Of a stretch of 32,000 bases of DNA, positions 1 through 6,427 are shown piece by piece (positions within the stretch are counted from its first letter, which is position 1; every line of letters starts with the position of its first letter). The notes beneath the pieces were generated by a model that made no database searches, was not told the origin of the DNA, and saw only the letters and a list, made by a program, of their open reading frames with translations. The translations under genes and the position numbers were made by a program. Location of the stretch: contig OZ246409.1 of assembly GCA_965231035.1 (NCBI GenBank), forward strand, positions 121,101-153,100. Reading direction: 5' to 3'. The DNA is from an uncultured Muribaculaceae bacterium. Lineage in GTDB: Bacteria > Pseudomonadota > Alphaproteobacteria > Rs-D84.

Positions 1-563
1 ATATTTGACGCGAATTTTCCTGGATTAACACTCATTGTGCGAACTTGGCAATGTTTTGTACTTTTGATTGCCTGGGTTAGTCCATTCACAGCATGTTTTG
101 ACATACCATACAGAATTACATCCCATCCTGTATCTAATCCACTCATAGAAGATAAATTTACAATTGCACTGTTGTTGTTATCTGGAATATATGGCAATGC
201 TTCCTTGGTCATATTAATAATTCCAATTATATTTGTTTCAAACAACAATCGCATTTTATCTTGTTCTAAATTATTTATTGTCGTAAGATAGTTTATCCCC
301 GCATTATTTATCAATACATCTATCTTGCCAAATTTAGAGACTGCAGATTTTATAGCCTTTTGTATAGAATCTAAATTAGTTATATCCAATTCCAAACATA
401 AAATGTTTTCGCTGTTTCCCAGATAATTCAGAGTATTTACATCGCGTGCGGTGGCAACCAGATTAAATCCAAGTTTTGCAACGTATTCAGCCATGCTTTT
501 CCCAAAGCCAGAAGAACATCCTGTTATCAAAAATACTGCGTCATTACTTATATATTTTCTCAT
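1..563 (-). CDS. Short-chain dehydrogenase/reductase (SDR) family oxidoreductase; C-terminal part lies beyond the window edge
   Basis: Hand translation of the minus strand from the ATG at 563-561 gives MRKYISNDAVFLITGCSSGFGKSMAEY...INNAGINY...YGMSKHAV. It carries the TGxxxGxG cofactor motif, NNAG and the YxxxK catalytic motif. The frame is open to position 1, so it is absent from the ORF track because no stop falls in the window. Confidence 0.85.
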   Translation of the reverse strand, partial: MRKYISNDAVFLITGCSSGFGKSMAEYVAKLGFNLVATARDVNTLNYLGNSENILCLELDITNLDSIQKAIKSAVSKFGKIDVLINNAGINYLTTINNLEQDKMRLLFETNIIGIINMTKEALPYIPDNNNSAIVNLSSMSGLDTGWDVILYGMSKHAVNGLTQAIKSTKHCQVRTMSVNPGKFASN

Positions 564-587
564 ATTTTCACCTTTTGTATTTTAATT

Positions 588-1658
588 TTATAATTCTGTT
601 AATGGCCAGCGGGGACGAGGAGTAATTGGTTCGGCAACAACTTTACCAACCAAATAGTTTTCCAGTCCAGCCCAGGCAATCATTGCACCATTATCAGTAC
701 ATAGATTCAATGGTGGGGCAGCAAACTGCATATTATTCTCGACCGCCATTTTTTCCAACGCCGAACGGATTGCTGAATTTTTTGCAACACCACCTGCAAC
801 TACCAATGTTTTTGGTGCTATATTAATTATACGTTTATCATGCATGGCATTATTTAAACGATTAGTTATGCAATCAACCACAGATGCCTGAAAAGACGCA
901 CAGAAATCATTTATAAATTCTTCACTGTGTGGCTCTGGATGTTTTGCCAACATTGTTCTGGCAGATGTTTTAATTCCAGAAAATGAAAAATCACATCCGG
1001 GTTTATCACAAAGTGGTCTGGGAAAATTAAACGCACGCGGATTACCAATCTGTGCACGCTTGTCTACAACAGGCCCACCAGGATATTCCAACCCCAACAT
1101 TTTTGCGACTTTATCAAAAGCTTCACCAGCACTGTCATCAATGGTTTGACCAATCAATTCATATTTACCAACACCATTAACCAACAAAATCATTGTGTGT
1201 CCACCACTGGCCAAAACCAACAGGTAAGGGAAATCTACACTGATTGATTTTTGATTTGTATCACTGGCAGATGCACCTCGCAGACGCGGAACCAATGCGT
1301 GCCCCTCCAGATGATTCACCGCGACCAATGGTTTTCCTGTGGATTGTGCAATACCAACCGCAGCCATCCAACCAACCAGAACTCCACCAATTAACCCAGG
1401 TCCAGCCGTTGCAGCAATCACATCAATATCATTAATTGTTTTGCCAGCATCATTCAACGTTTTATTTATAACCTCATCAATTGCTAAAATATGCGCGCGC
1501 GCGGCCAGTTCAGGGACCACACCACCGTATTTCTGGTGTTCAGGGATCTGAGAATAAATAATGTGCGACAAGATATTACGATCAGAATCAACAATCGCGG
1601 CAGATGTTTCATCGCAGCTGGATTCAATGCCCAAACAAAGAATTTTTTTATCTGTCAT
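588..1658 (-). CDS. tsaD: tRNA N6-adenosine threonylcarbamoyltransferase TsaD (Kae1/Gcp family)
   Basis: The 356-aa ORF contains LGIESSCDETSAAIV, GPGLIGGVLVG, NHLEGH and ASGGHT motifs typical of TsaD. The length is typical. Confidence 0.93.
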   Translation of the reverse strand: MTDKKILCLGIESSCDETSAAIVDSDRNILSHIIYSQIPEHQKYGGVVPELAARAHILAIDEVINKTLNDAGKTINDIDVIAATAGPGLIGGVLVGWMAAVGIAQSTGKPLVAVNHLEGHALVPRLRGASASDTNQKSISVDFPYLLVLASGGHTMILLVNGVGKYELIGQTIDDSAGEAFDKVAKMLGLEYPGGPVVDKRAQIGNPRAFNFPRPLCDKPGCDFSFSGIKTSARTMLAKHPEPHSEEFINDFCASFQASVVDCITNRLNNAMHDKRIINIAPKTLVVAGGVAKNSAIRSALEKMAVENNMQFAAPPLNLCTDNGAMIAWAGLENYLVGKVVAEPITPRPRWPLTEL

Positions 1659-2364
1659 TTTTTATCTCGAAAAAAGCAACCCCAATATTTGATTTGCTTT
1701 GTTTTTGTTTTTCTATGTAATCCTTAAAATTAATATCAACAACCTTTTTTTGTTTTGTTGATGCATGTCTTAGTATTCCACCAGGTAATAAAAATCCCAT
1801 ATGCGATACAGCCAAGTCCGTACCTGCCTCCTTAACCATATTTTTATTATTCATTACAAATAATATTATTAATGGCTTTTTTAGATTGATATCTTTTAAA
1901 TTTTCGTATGGTATATATTCAATCTGAACATTTACTTTTTTAAATCTAGTATCCAAATTGTGAACTTTTTTAAACCAACTTTTCTTGTCCAAAATTTCTT
2001 TTCTTATTTTTGTTTTACCATATTTTGAACTTACATTTTTTACTAGTTCTGAGTTATTTTTTACCCAATCATATTCAACGAAATGATTTCTATTTAAGAA
2101 ATCTATATTTCCATCTTTGTATCTTATTTTATTTAATTTATCAAGATTTCCGCCAGCCAAAGATGTTTCGACAAAAGTCATACAATCAAAAGCATCGTAT
2201 CGAATTAATGGGTCTGTATCTGGTAATTTTTCTTCACCCAGTGGGTCAGAAATATATTTTTCACCAAGATATTCTGAACCTATATATTTATTATCAGCTT
2301 TTGCAGAAAAAGTTACAAATAATAAAAAACATAAAGATATTACAAAATATTTTTGCAATTTCAT
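1648..2364 (-). CDS. Secreted DUF1460-like (amidase-like) protein
   Basis: The 238-aa ORF has an N-terminal signal peptide (MKLQKYFVISLCFLLFVTFSAKA). The YISDPLGE...RYDAFDCMTFVETSLA segment resembles the DUF1460 / N-acetylmuramoyl-L-alanine-amidase-like family as I remember it. Its stop overlaps the tsaD start by 11 nt. Confidence 0.5.
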   Translation of the reverse strand: MKLQKYFVISLCFLLFVTFSAKADNKYIGSEYLGEKYISDPLGEEKLPDTDPLIRYDAFDCMTFVETSLAGGNLDKLNKIRYKDGNIDFLNRNHFVEYDWVKNNSELVKNVSSKYGKTKIRKEILDKKSWFKKVHNLDTRFKKVNVQIEYIPYENLKDINLKKPLIILFVMNNKNMVKEAGTDLAVSHMGFLLPGGILRHASTKQKKVVDINFKDYIEKQKQSKSNIGVAFFEIKNDR

Positions 2365-2373
2365 TTTGATATC

Positions 2374-2679
2374 TTAGATATTATTTTTTAACTTCACACC
2401 CATAAAGCATAAAGAAGTTGCATCGCGAACCGACATGTCCGCAGAATTAGGAAGATTGGCAACTTTATCCATACACTGAACCATCAGTTCTGTATTTTCA
2501 TCTGTTCCAGTTAAAATTTTTACAGCAGCTGCACGGCGTTCTTCGGATGCGGTTGCCCAATTTCTCATACTGTTATTTTCAAGATTGCTTGCCTTGTGAT
2601 AAAAGAAAAATATAACAGCGAATAAAATCAAGGCTGAAATTCCAATAACCAATTTGAAGTGTTTTTTAAAAGCATCCAT
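2374..2679 (-). CDS. Small hypothetical membrane-anchored protein (one N-terminal TM helix)
   Basis: The 101-aa ORF has a hydrophobic stretch LVIGISALILFAVIFFFY. It overlaps the upstream ORF by 14 nt, which suggests coupled translation. I recognise no family. Confidence 0.5.
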   Translation of the reverse strand: MDAFKKHFKLVIGISALILFAVIFFFYHKASNLENNSMRNWATASEERRAAAVKILTGTDENTELMVQCMDKVANLPNSADMSVRDATSLCFMGVKLKNNI

Positions 2680-3067
2680 TTTGTTTTCCTTGTTTTTTTA
2701 TATTAAATAATCTTTGCAAAACCGTATTTTTTATTACAGCATGTTTTGCTTCTATTGCTTTAATAATTTCTTCTTTTGTAAACGTATAGTATCCAACAAT
2801 TTCTAGTTGAGATGAATGACTTGTAACAATATATTCTTCGTATTGATCAAAAAGGTTTATATTTCCTTCTAAAACATATACATAAGCATAAAAATTTTCA
2901 TACTGATCTTTTTTATTTTTGTTTTTATTATCGGAAAAACCTATTATACGTTTTGCTTTTTCTAAATCTCTGTAAAGGATTATTTCCGCATCTTTCTTGG
3001 ACCAAAAATTTCCAATCTTATGATTTCGCCCATCTGATATCGCATAACCTTTGATCTTTGTTTGCAT
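2666..3067 (-). CDS. Hypothetical protein
   Basis: The 133-aa ORF is co-oriented with and tightly packed against its neighbours. It is Lys/Asn/Tyr-rich and AT-rich, with no recognised motif. Confidence 0.45.
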   Translation of the reverse strand: MQTKIKGYAISDGRNHKIGNFWSKKDAEIILYRDLEKAKRIIGFSDNKNKNKKDQYENFYAYVYVLEGNINLFDQYEEYIVTSHSSQLEIVGYYTFTKEEIIKAIEAKHAVIKNTVLQRLFNIKKQGKQNGCF

Positions 3068-3078
3068 GATAAAAACCT

Positions 3079-3435
3079 TTATTCACATTTTACCAACCAT
3101 AAATCATAATCTGCATTCTGCAAAGGATTATCACCTGGTTCGTTACGGCCCATCCAATTGCTAAAAATCTTGCCTTCGGAATTTTTTGTTATTTCAATAA
3201 ACATAAAAAAATCTTCTGGTTGAAAAGGATCTGTTTGTTTGCAACTGCGAACCATTAATCTTAATTTTTCGTATTGTGCTTCTTTACCAACAGTCACATT
3301 AATTGTCTGGTTTTTTCCAGCAGCCTTGTTCAAAACGCGAACCACAGCAGTCTTTTTTTCAACATAAGCATTTGCACCAAAAGTTAAAAGAAAAAAGGGC
3401 ACAGCCAATAAAAATGATAATTTTGATATTTTCAT
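3079..3435 (-). CDS. DUF2155 domain-containing periplasmic protein
   Basis: I moved the start to the internal ATG at 3435 (MKISKLSFLLAVPFFLLTFGANA signal peptide), because the 173-aa track ORF would overlap rplS. The VLNKAAGK...VRSC...PEDFFMFIEI...FSNWM...YDLWLVKC pattern matches my recollection of the alphaproteobacterial DUF2155 family. Confidence 0.72.
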   Translation of the reverse strand: MKISKLSFLLAVPFFLLTFGANAYVEKKTAVVRVLNKAAGKNQTINVTVGKEAQYEKLRLMVRSCKQTDPFQPEDFFMFIEITKNSEGKIFSNWMGRNEPGDNPLQNADYDLWLVKCE

Positions 3436-3460
3436 TTTGCCGTACCCCTTAATTTTCAAA

Positions 3461-3853
3461 CTATTGTGCGTTTGTGTTTCTTTCTTCGGACGCTGCTGCC
3501 AAATCTTCAACGATTCTGGCTTTTTTACCAGACAGTCTGCGCAAGAAGAACAGTTTAGAACGACGAACTTTACCAATACGAACCTTTTCAATTTTTTCAA
3601 TTGCTGGGCTGTACAATGGAAATTTACGTTCTACGCCAACACCATAAGATTCACGGCGAACTGTAAAGGATGCATTTGAACCCGCACCATCACGAGCAAT
3701 TACAACACCTTCAAACATCTGAATACGGAATTTATCACCGTCTTTGATTTTTACGTGAACCTTCAAAGTATCACCAGATTTGAAATCTGGAATCTTTTTG
3801 TTTGCTGCCAATTTTTCTATTTGTTTTGCTTCTATTTTTTTAATGATATTCAT
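3461..3853 (-). CDS. rplS: 50S ribosomal protein L19
   Basis: The 130-aa ORF contains [44 protein letters not shown] and [12 protein letters not shown]. It sits last in the conserved rpsP-rimM-trmD-rplS order. Confidence 0.95.
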   Translation of the reverse strand: MNIIKKIEAKQIEKLAANKKIPDFKSGDTLKVHVKIKDGDKFRIQMFEGVVIARDGAGSNASFTVRRESYGVGVERKFPLYSPAIEKIEKVRIGKVRRSKLFFLRRLSGKKARIVEDLAAASEERNTNAQ

Positions 3854-3856
3854 TTT

Positions 3857-4543
3857 TTACTTCTTTTCGTTTAATAATTCCGGACGTCTTTGTTTGGTTA
3901 TTTCGTCCGATTTTTGTTTCCGCCATCTTTCTATATTGCCGTGATGACCGGACAGCAGGACTTCTGGGACATTACGTCCACGCCATACTGACGGGCGGGT
4001 GTATAACGGCCATTCCAACCCCCCGATTTCAAAGCTTTCGTTTGCGGTCGTATCAACGCCGCCGTGAACTACATTATCCATCAGACGAACGCAACTGTCA
4101 ATAAAAACCTGAGCTGCAATTTCGCCACCAGACAAAATATAATCGCCAATGGAAATCTCTAAAATTTCGTATTCTTCGATGATTCTTTCGTCGATACCTT
4201 CGTACCTGCCACAAATTAATGTTAAATCTTTTGATTCAGATACAAACTGACGCACCATCTTTTGATTCAAAACCTGTCCGCGTGGTGAAAAATATATAAT
4301 TTTACCACGTTTTTCAGATGAGATATTATCAATTGCGTCACCAATAACCTGGGGCAGCATAACCTGACCAGCACCACCACCGAACTGAGCATCGTCAACA
4401 CTGCCATAATTATCATTTGCAAAGTCACGAATGTTTATTGTTTTATACGACCATATTTTATTTTCCAATGCGCGCCCAACAACACCACCATTCAAAGTGC
4501 CTGGGAACATTTCTGGAAAAATAGTCAGTATATTAAAATTCAT
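3857..4543 (-). CDS. trmD: tRNA (guanine37-N1)-methyltransferase TrmD
   Basis: The 228-aa ORF contains MNFNILTIFPEMFPG, CGRYEGIDERI and GDYILSGGE motifs. It occupies the conserved operon position. Confidence 0.94.
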   Translation of the reverse strand: MNFNILTIFPEMFPGTLNGGVVGRALENKIWSYKTINIRDFANDNYGSVDDAQFGGGAGQVMLPQVIGDAIDNISSEKRGKIIYFSPRGQVLNQKMVRQFVSESKDLTLICGRYEGIDERIIEEYEILEISIGDYILSGGEIAAQVFIDSCVRLMDNVVHGGVDTTANESFEIGGLEWPLYTRPSVWRGRNVPEVLLSGHHGNIERWRKQKSDEITKQRRPELLNEKK

Positions 4544-4986
4544 TTTACATAAATTGTTTTGTTTTTTAAATCAACGTCTGCACCAGAAAAAGAAACCATT
4601 TCACCGTTATCTAATTCCAAAATATCGCCAGCACCAAAGTTTTGTATTGCTGCGACTGTGCCAATTTTATCTTTATTTTTTTCAACAACCATACCGATTA
4701 AATCTGATTGGTAATATTCACCAGCTTTTAAAGCACGCAGGGAATCACGATTAATAAATAATTCAGTACCACGCAAAGCCTCGGCCGATGTTCTGTCATT
4801 AACATTATCTATTTTGCAAATTGCAATATCGTTGCCAGCCGCACGAATAAATTTCAAATTTATATTTTCGATTTTCAGATTTTGAAAATCTGATGGGTTT
4901 TCAGTAAAGGTCTGAATACGAACTTCACCACGTAACCCTTGGGCTGCGACAATTTTTCCAACCAAGATTTTTTGTTTTTCAGACAT
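4540..4986 (-). CDS. rimM: 16S rRNA processing protein RimM
   Basis: The 148-aa ORF contains VGKIVAAQGLRGEVRIQTFTENP (RimM N-terminal barrel) and has a 4-nt overlap with trmD. It is somewhat short for the family. Confidence 0.85.
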   Translation of the reverse strand: MSEKQKILVGKIVAAQGLRGEVRIQTFTENPSDFQNLKIENINLKFIRAAGNDIAICKIDNVNDRTSAEALRGTELFINRDSLRALKAGEYYQSDLIGMVVEKNKDKIGTVAAIQNFGAGDILELDNGEMVSFSGADVDLKNKTIYVK

Positions 4987-4997
4987 ATTGTAAATTT

Positions 4998-5025
4998 AAA
5001 CACTTGGGAATGTTCCCAAGTGTTT
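4998..5025 (-). promoter_or_regulatory. Perfect hairpin in the rpsP-rimM spacer (candidate attenuator, processing or stabiliser element)
   Basis: The sequence aaacacttgggaa-tg-ttcccaagtgttt is a 13-nt perfect inverted repeat (about 11 bp of stem after opening the apical loop). It lies between the rpsP stop (5039) and the rimM start (4986). On the transcribed minus strand it is followed by aaattta rather than a clean U-run. Confidence 0.5.
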
Positions 5026-5038
5026 TGGATTAACAAAA

Positions 5039-5494
5039 TTATTCGGCTGAAGGTGTTTCTGCGGTTGCTTCGACTGGTGCTTCGACAGCGGCAGAGGCTT
5101 CGGTTGCAGCTTTTGCTGCGGCTTCGGCAGCTGCTTTTTCTGCTTCGATTTTTGCCAGTTTGTCAGCTTTGTCTTTGATTCTCATCTGAGTTTTTTCAGA
5201 TTGTAAATGTTTTTTGGTTTGAACTGGGGCTGTTTTCTTTGAAACAACGCCAGCATTTGCCAAGAATTTATAAACACGATCAGATGGTTTTGCACCCTTT
5301 GCCATCCAAGCCTTGATTTCTTCTAATTTCAAGGTTACGCGTTTATCGCTGTCGCGTGGTTGCATTGGATCATATTTACCAACTGTTTCCAATATATTTC
5401 CAGAATTACGTGCATTACGTGAATCTGTAACCACAATGTGGTAATAAGGGCGTTTTTTTGCGCCAAATCTTGCCAAACGTATAACTGTTGCCAT
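5039..5494 (-). CDS. rpsP: 30S ribosomal protein S16 with an Ala/Glu/Lys-rich C-terminal extension
   Basis: The 151-aa ORF starts with MATVIRLARFGAKKRPYYHIVVTDSRNARNSG. Its C-terminal half is a low-complexity tail (KLAKIEAEKAAAEAAAKAATEASAAVEAPVEA). Confidence 0.94.
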   Translation of the reverse strand: MATVIRLARFGAKKRPYYHIVVTDSRNARNSGNILETVGKYDPMQPRDSDKRVTLKLEEIKAWMAKGAKPSDRVYKFLANAGVVSKKTAPVQTKKHLQSEKTQMRIKDKADKLAKIEAEKAAAEAAAKAATEASAAVEAPVEATAETPSAE

Positions 5495-5618
5495 TTTGTT
5501 TATCCTTTATATTTTTTATACGACGCAAACCCATCATCAAGAGCGAACACTCGCCAGTTGATGTTCCGATACGCATACCGCGTCCAGGGTCCAATGATAG
5601 CAATCTTTGGGGATTTGC
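5495..5618 (-). promoter_or_regulatory. Candidate long structured 5' leader of the rpsP operon
   Basis: A GC-rich island of about 110 nt sits in an otherwise AT-rich spacer. The predicted 5' end gcaaatcccc (5618-5609) can pair with gggtttgc (5532-5525), just upstream of the RBS aaagga. Inner small hairpins include gcga-gtgt-tcgc and atcat/atgat. I folded this by eye only. Confidence 0.35.
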
Positions 5619-5624
5619 AGGGCA

Positions 5625-5653
5625 ATTATGCATTATAATTATTGAAAAGTCAA
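5625..5653 (-). promoter_or_regulatory. Candidate sigma-70 promoter of the rpsP operon
   Basis: On the minus strand there is TTGACT (5653-5648), a 17-nt spacer, and CATAAT (5630-5625). Confidence 0.45.
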
Positions 5654-5703
5654 ATAAATTCTGGACTTTTTATAACATCAGCTATAAAATCCTTTGGATT
5701 TCT

Positions 5704-5777
5704 GCGGGCGTAGTATAGTGGTAGAATGCTGGCTTCCCAAGCCGAAGGTGAGGGTTCGATTCCCTTCGCCCGCACCA
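5704..5777 (+). tRNA. tRNA-Gly (anticodon CCC), with encoded CCA end
   Basis: The manual cloverleaf has acceptor GCGGGCG/CGCCCGC, D-loop AGTGGTA, anticodon loop TTCCCAA, a 4-nt variable loop, and T-arm GAGGG-TTCGATT-CCCTT. Discriminator A and CCA follow. It closely parallels E. coli tRNA-Gly(CCC). Two non-canonical pairs are present (A12/A23 and C27/A43). Confidence 0.88.
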
Positions 5778-5808
5778 AATTAAAAAACACAGCATTTTGC
5801 TGTGTTTT
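5776..5808. repeat. Direct repeat copy 1 (caaat[t]aaaaaacacagcattttgctgtgtttt), starting inside the tRNA CCA end
   Basis: It is identical to 6084-6115 except for one extra T. The 27-nt core is a perfect match. Confidence 0.9.
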
Positions 5809-5810
5809 TT
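5782..5810. terminator. Bidirectional intrinsic terminator (tRNA-Gly on +, 75-aa ORF on -)
   Basis: The stem is acacagc/gctgtgt with loop atttt. It is flanked by A6 on the left and a T-run on the right. Confidence 0.75.
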
Positions 5811-6036
5811 AGTTACCTATTATTTTTTGCCACCCATAAGAAATGCACTGTAATTTTAATTTATCAAATTCTCTTAATTTATCCGATGGAATATTTTTAA
5901 TATCAACATTATGACGAATATATTTTTTATAAAACCAAAATAGATCTCCACTTTCCGGGAGTGTATATTTTCTACAAAAATCTACCATACTTCTGTAATC
6001 TTCGAAAATTTGGCTCATATATTTATATTTTGGCAT
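5809..6036 (-). CDS. Hypothetical small protein (75 aa) within the repeat-flanked cassette
   Basis: The ORF is bounded exactly by the two hairpin copies, and its stop abuts the terminator. I recognise no motif. Confidence 0.4.
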   Translation of the reverse strand: MPKYKYMSQIFEDYRSMVDFCRKYTLPESGDLFWFYKKYIRHNVDIKNIPSDKLREFDKLKLQCISYGWQKIIGN

Positions 6037-6083
6037 TTTTATGACTCCATAGCTGAAACTGTATTATATTAATAATACAATTA

Positions 6084-6115
6084 CAAATAAAAAACACAGC
6101 ATTTTGCTGTGTTTT
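6084..6115. repeat. Direct repeat copy 2
   Basis: It has the same sequence as 5776-5808 (32 of 33 nt) and lies 307 bp away. Confidence 0.9.
6089..6115 (-). terminator. Intrinsic terminator closing the LysM-gene transcription unit
   Basis: It has the same hairpin as 5782-5810. On the minus strand it is followed by TTTTTT. Confidence 0.65.
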
Positions 6116-6269
6116 ATCTTGAGTTATTTGTATTCAACTTTTCTATATCTGGCTTGCTGTTTAAAAGTTCTTCTGGAGTATTGTAACCGTATTTCGCTTC
6201 AATGGCTCTAAGGGTGGATTCTATATTATTATTTGTCTGATTATTTATAACATATTTTTTTACATCCAA
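6114..6269 (-). CDS. Possible small ORF (TTG start, about 51 aa), or the distal part of a frameshifted ORF
   Basis: My hand translation is LDVKKYVINNQTNNNIESTLRAIEAKYGYNTPEELLNSKPDIEKLNTNNSR. Its stop directly abuts the terminator hairpin. No ATG is available in the frame. It is below the ORF-track size cutoff. Confidence 0.25.
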   Translation of the reverse strand: MDVKKYVINNQTNNNIESTLRAIEAKYGYNTPEELLNSKPDIEKLNTNNSR

Positions 6270-6277
6270 AAGTTTTC

Positions 6278-6427
6278 TTAAATTTTCCCATCTCTTTTTT
6301 GATTTGCTTGTTTTATCAAAAAATCAATACGTGATAAAAGACTCTTGTTTTCCAAGTATGCTTCAGAATTTTGATGTTTTGCATCTCTAACTCTTCGCAA
6401 CTCTTCGAGTCTTTTATTAGTATTCAT
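6278..6427 (-). CDS. Small hypothetical coiled-coil-like protein (49 aa)
   Basis: The ATG at 6427-6425 overlaps the TAA stop of the upstream LysM gene (TAATG), which suggests translational coupling. The sequence is MNTNKRLEELRRVRDAKHQ.... The 94-aa track version would overlap the LysM coding region. Confidence 0.35.
   Translation of the reverse strand: MNTNKRLEELRRVRDAKHQNSEAYLENKSLLSRIDFLIKQANQKRDGKI

Noticed and set aside
37-291. An 84-aa plus-strand ORF at the window start
   Set aside because: It is antisense to the SDR gene, whose TGxxxGxG, NNAG and YxxxK motifs are unambiguous.
3436-3600. N-terminal extension of the DUF2155 ORF (the 173-aa version in the track)
   Set aside because: It would overlap the 3' end of rplS by 140 nt and adds a non-homologous Cys/Lys-rich peptide ahead of a perfectly good signal peptide that starts at the ATG at 3435.
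5520-5630. Whether the GC-rich island upstream of rpsP is 4.5S/SRP RNA (GTCCAGGGTCC...AGCA resembles the domain IV region)
   Set aside because: The GNRA tetraloop with its closing C-G pairs and the symmetric-loop motifs are not reproduced on either strand, and no long closing hairpin can be drawn. I kept it only as a candidate leader.
5642-5688. A promoter for tRNA-Gly (TTGAAA / TGGACT with TATAAC / TATAAA)
   Set aside because: The spacer lengths for the possible -35/-10 pairings are 15 or 23 nt. I could not pick a convincing pair, so I did not list it as a feature.
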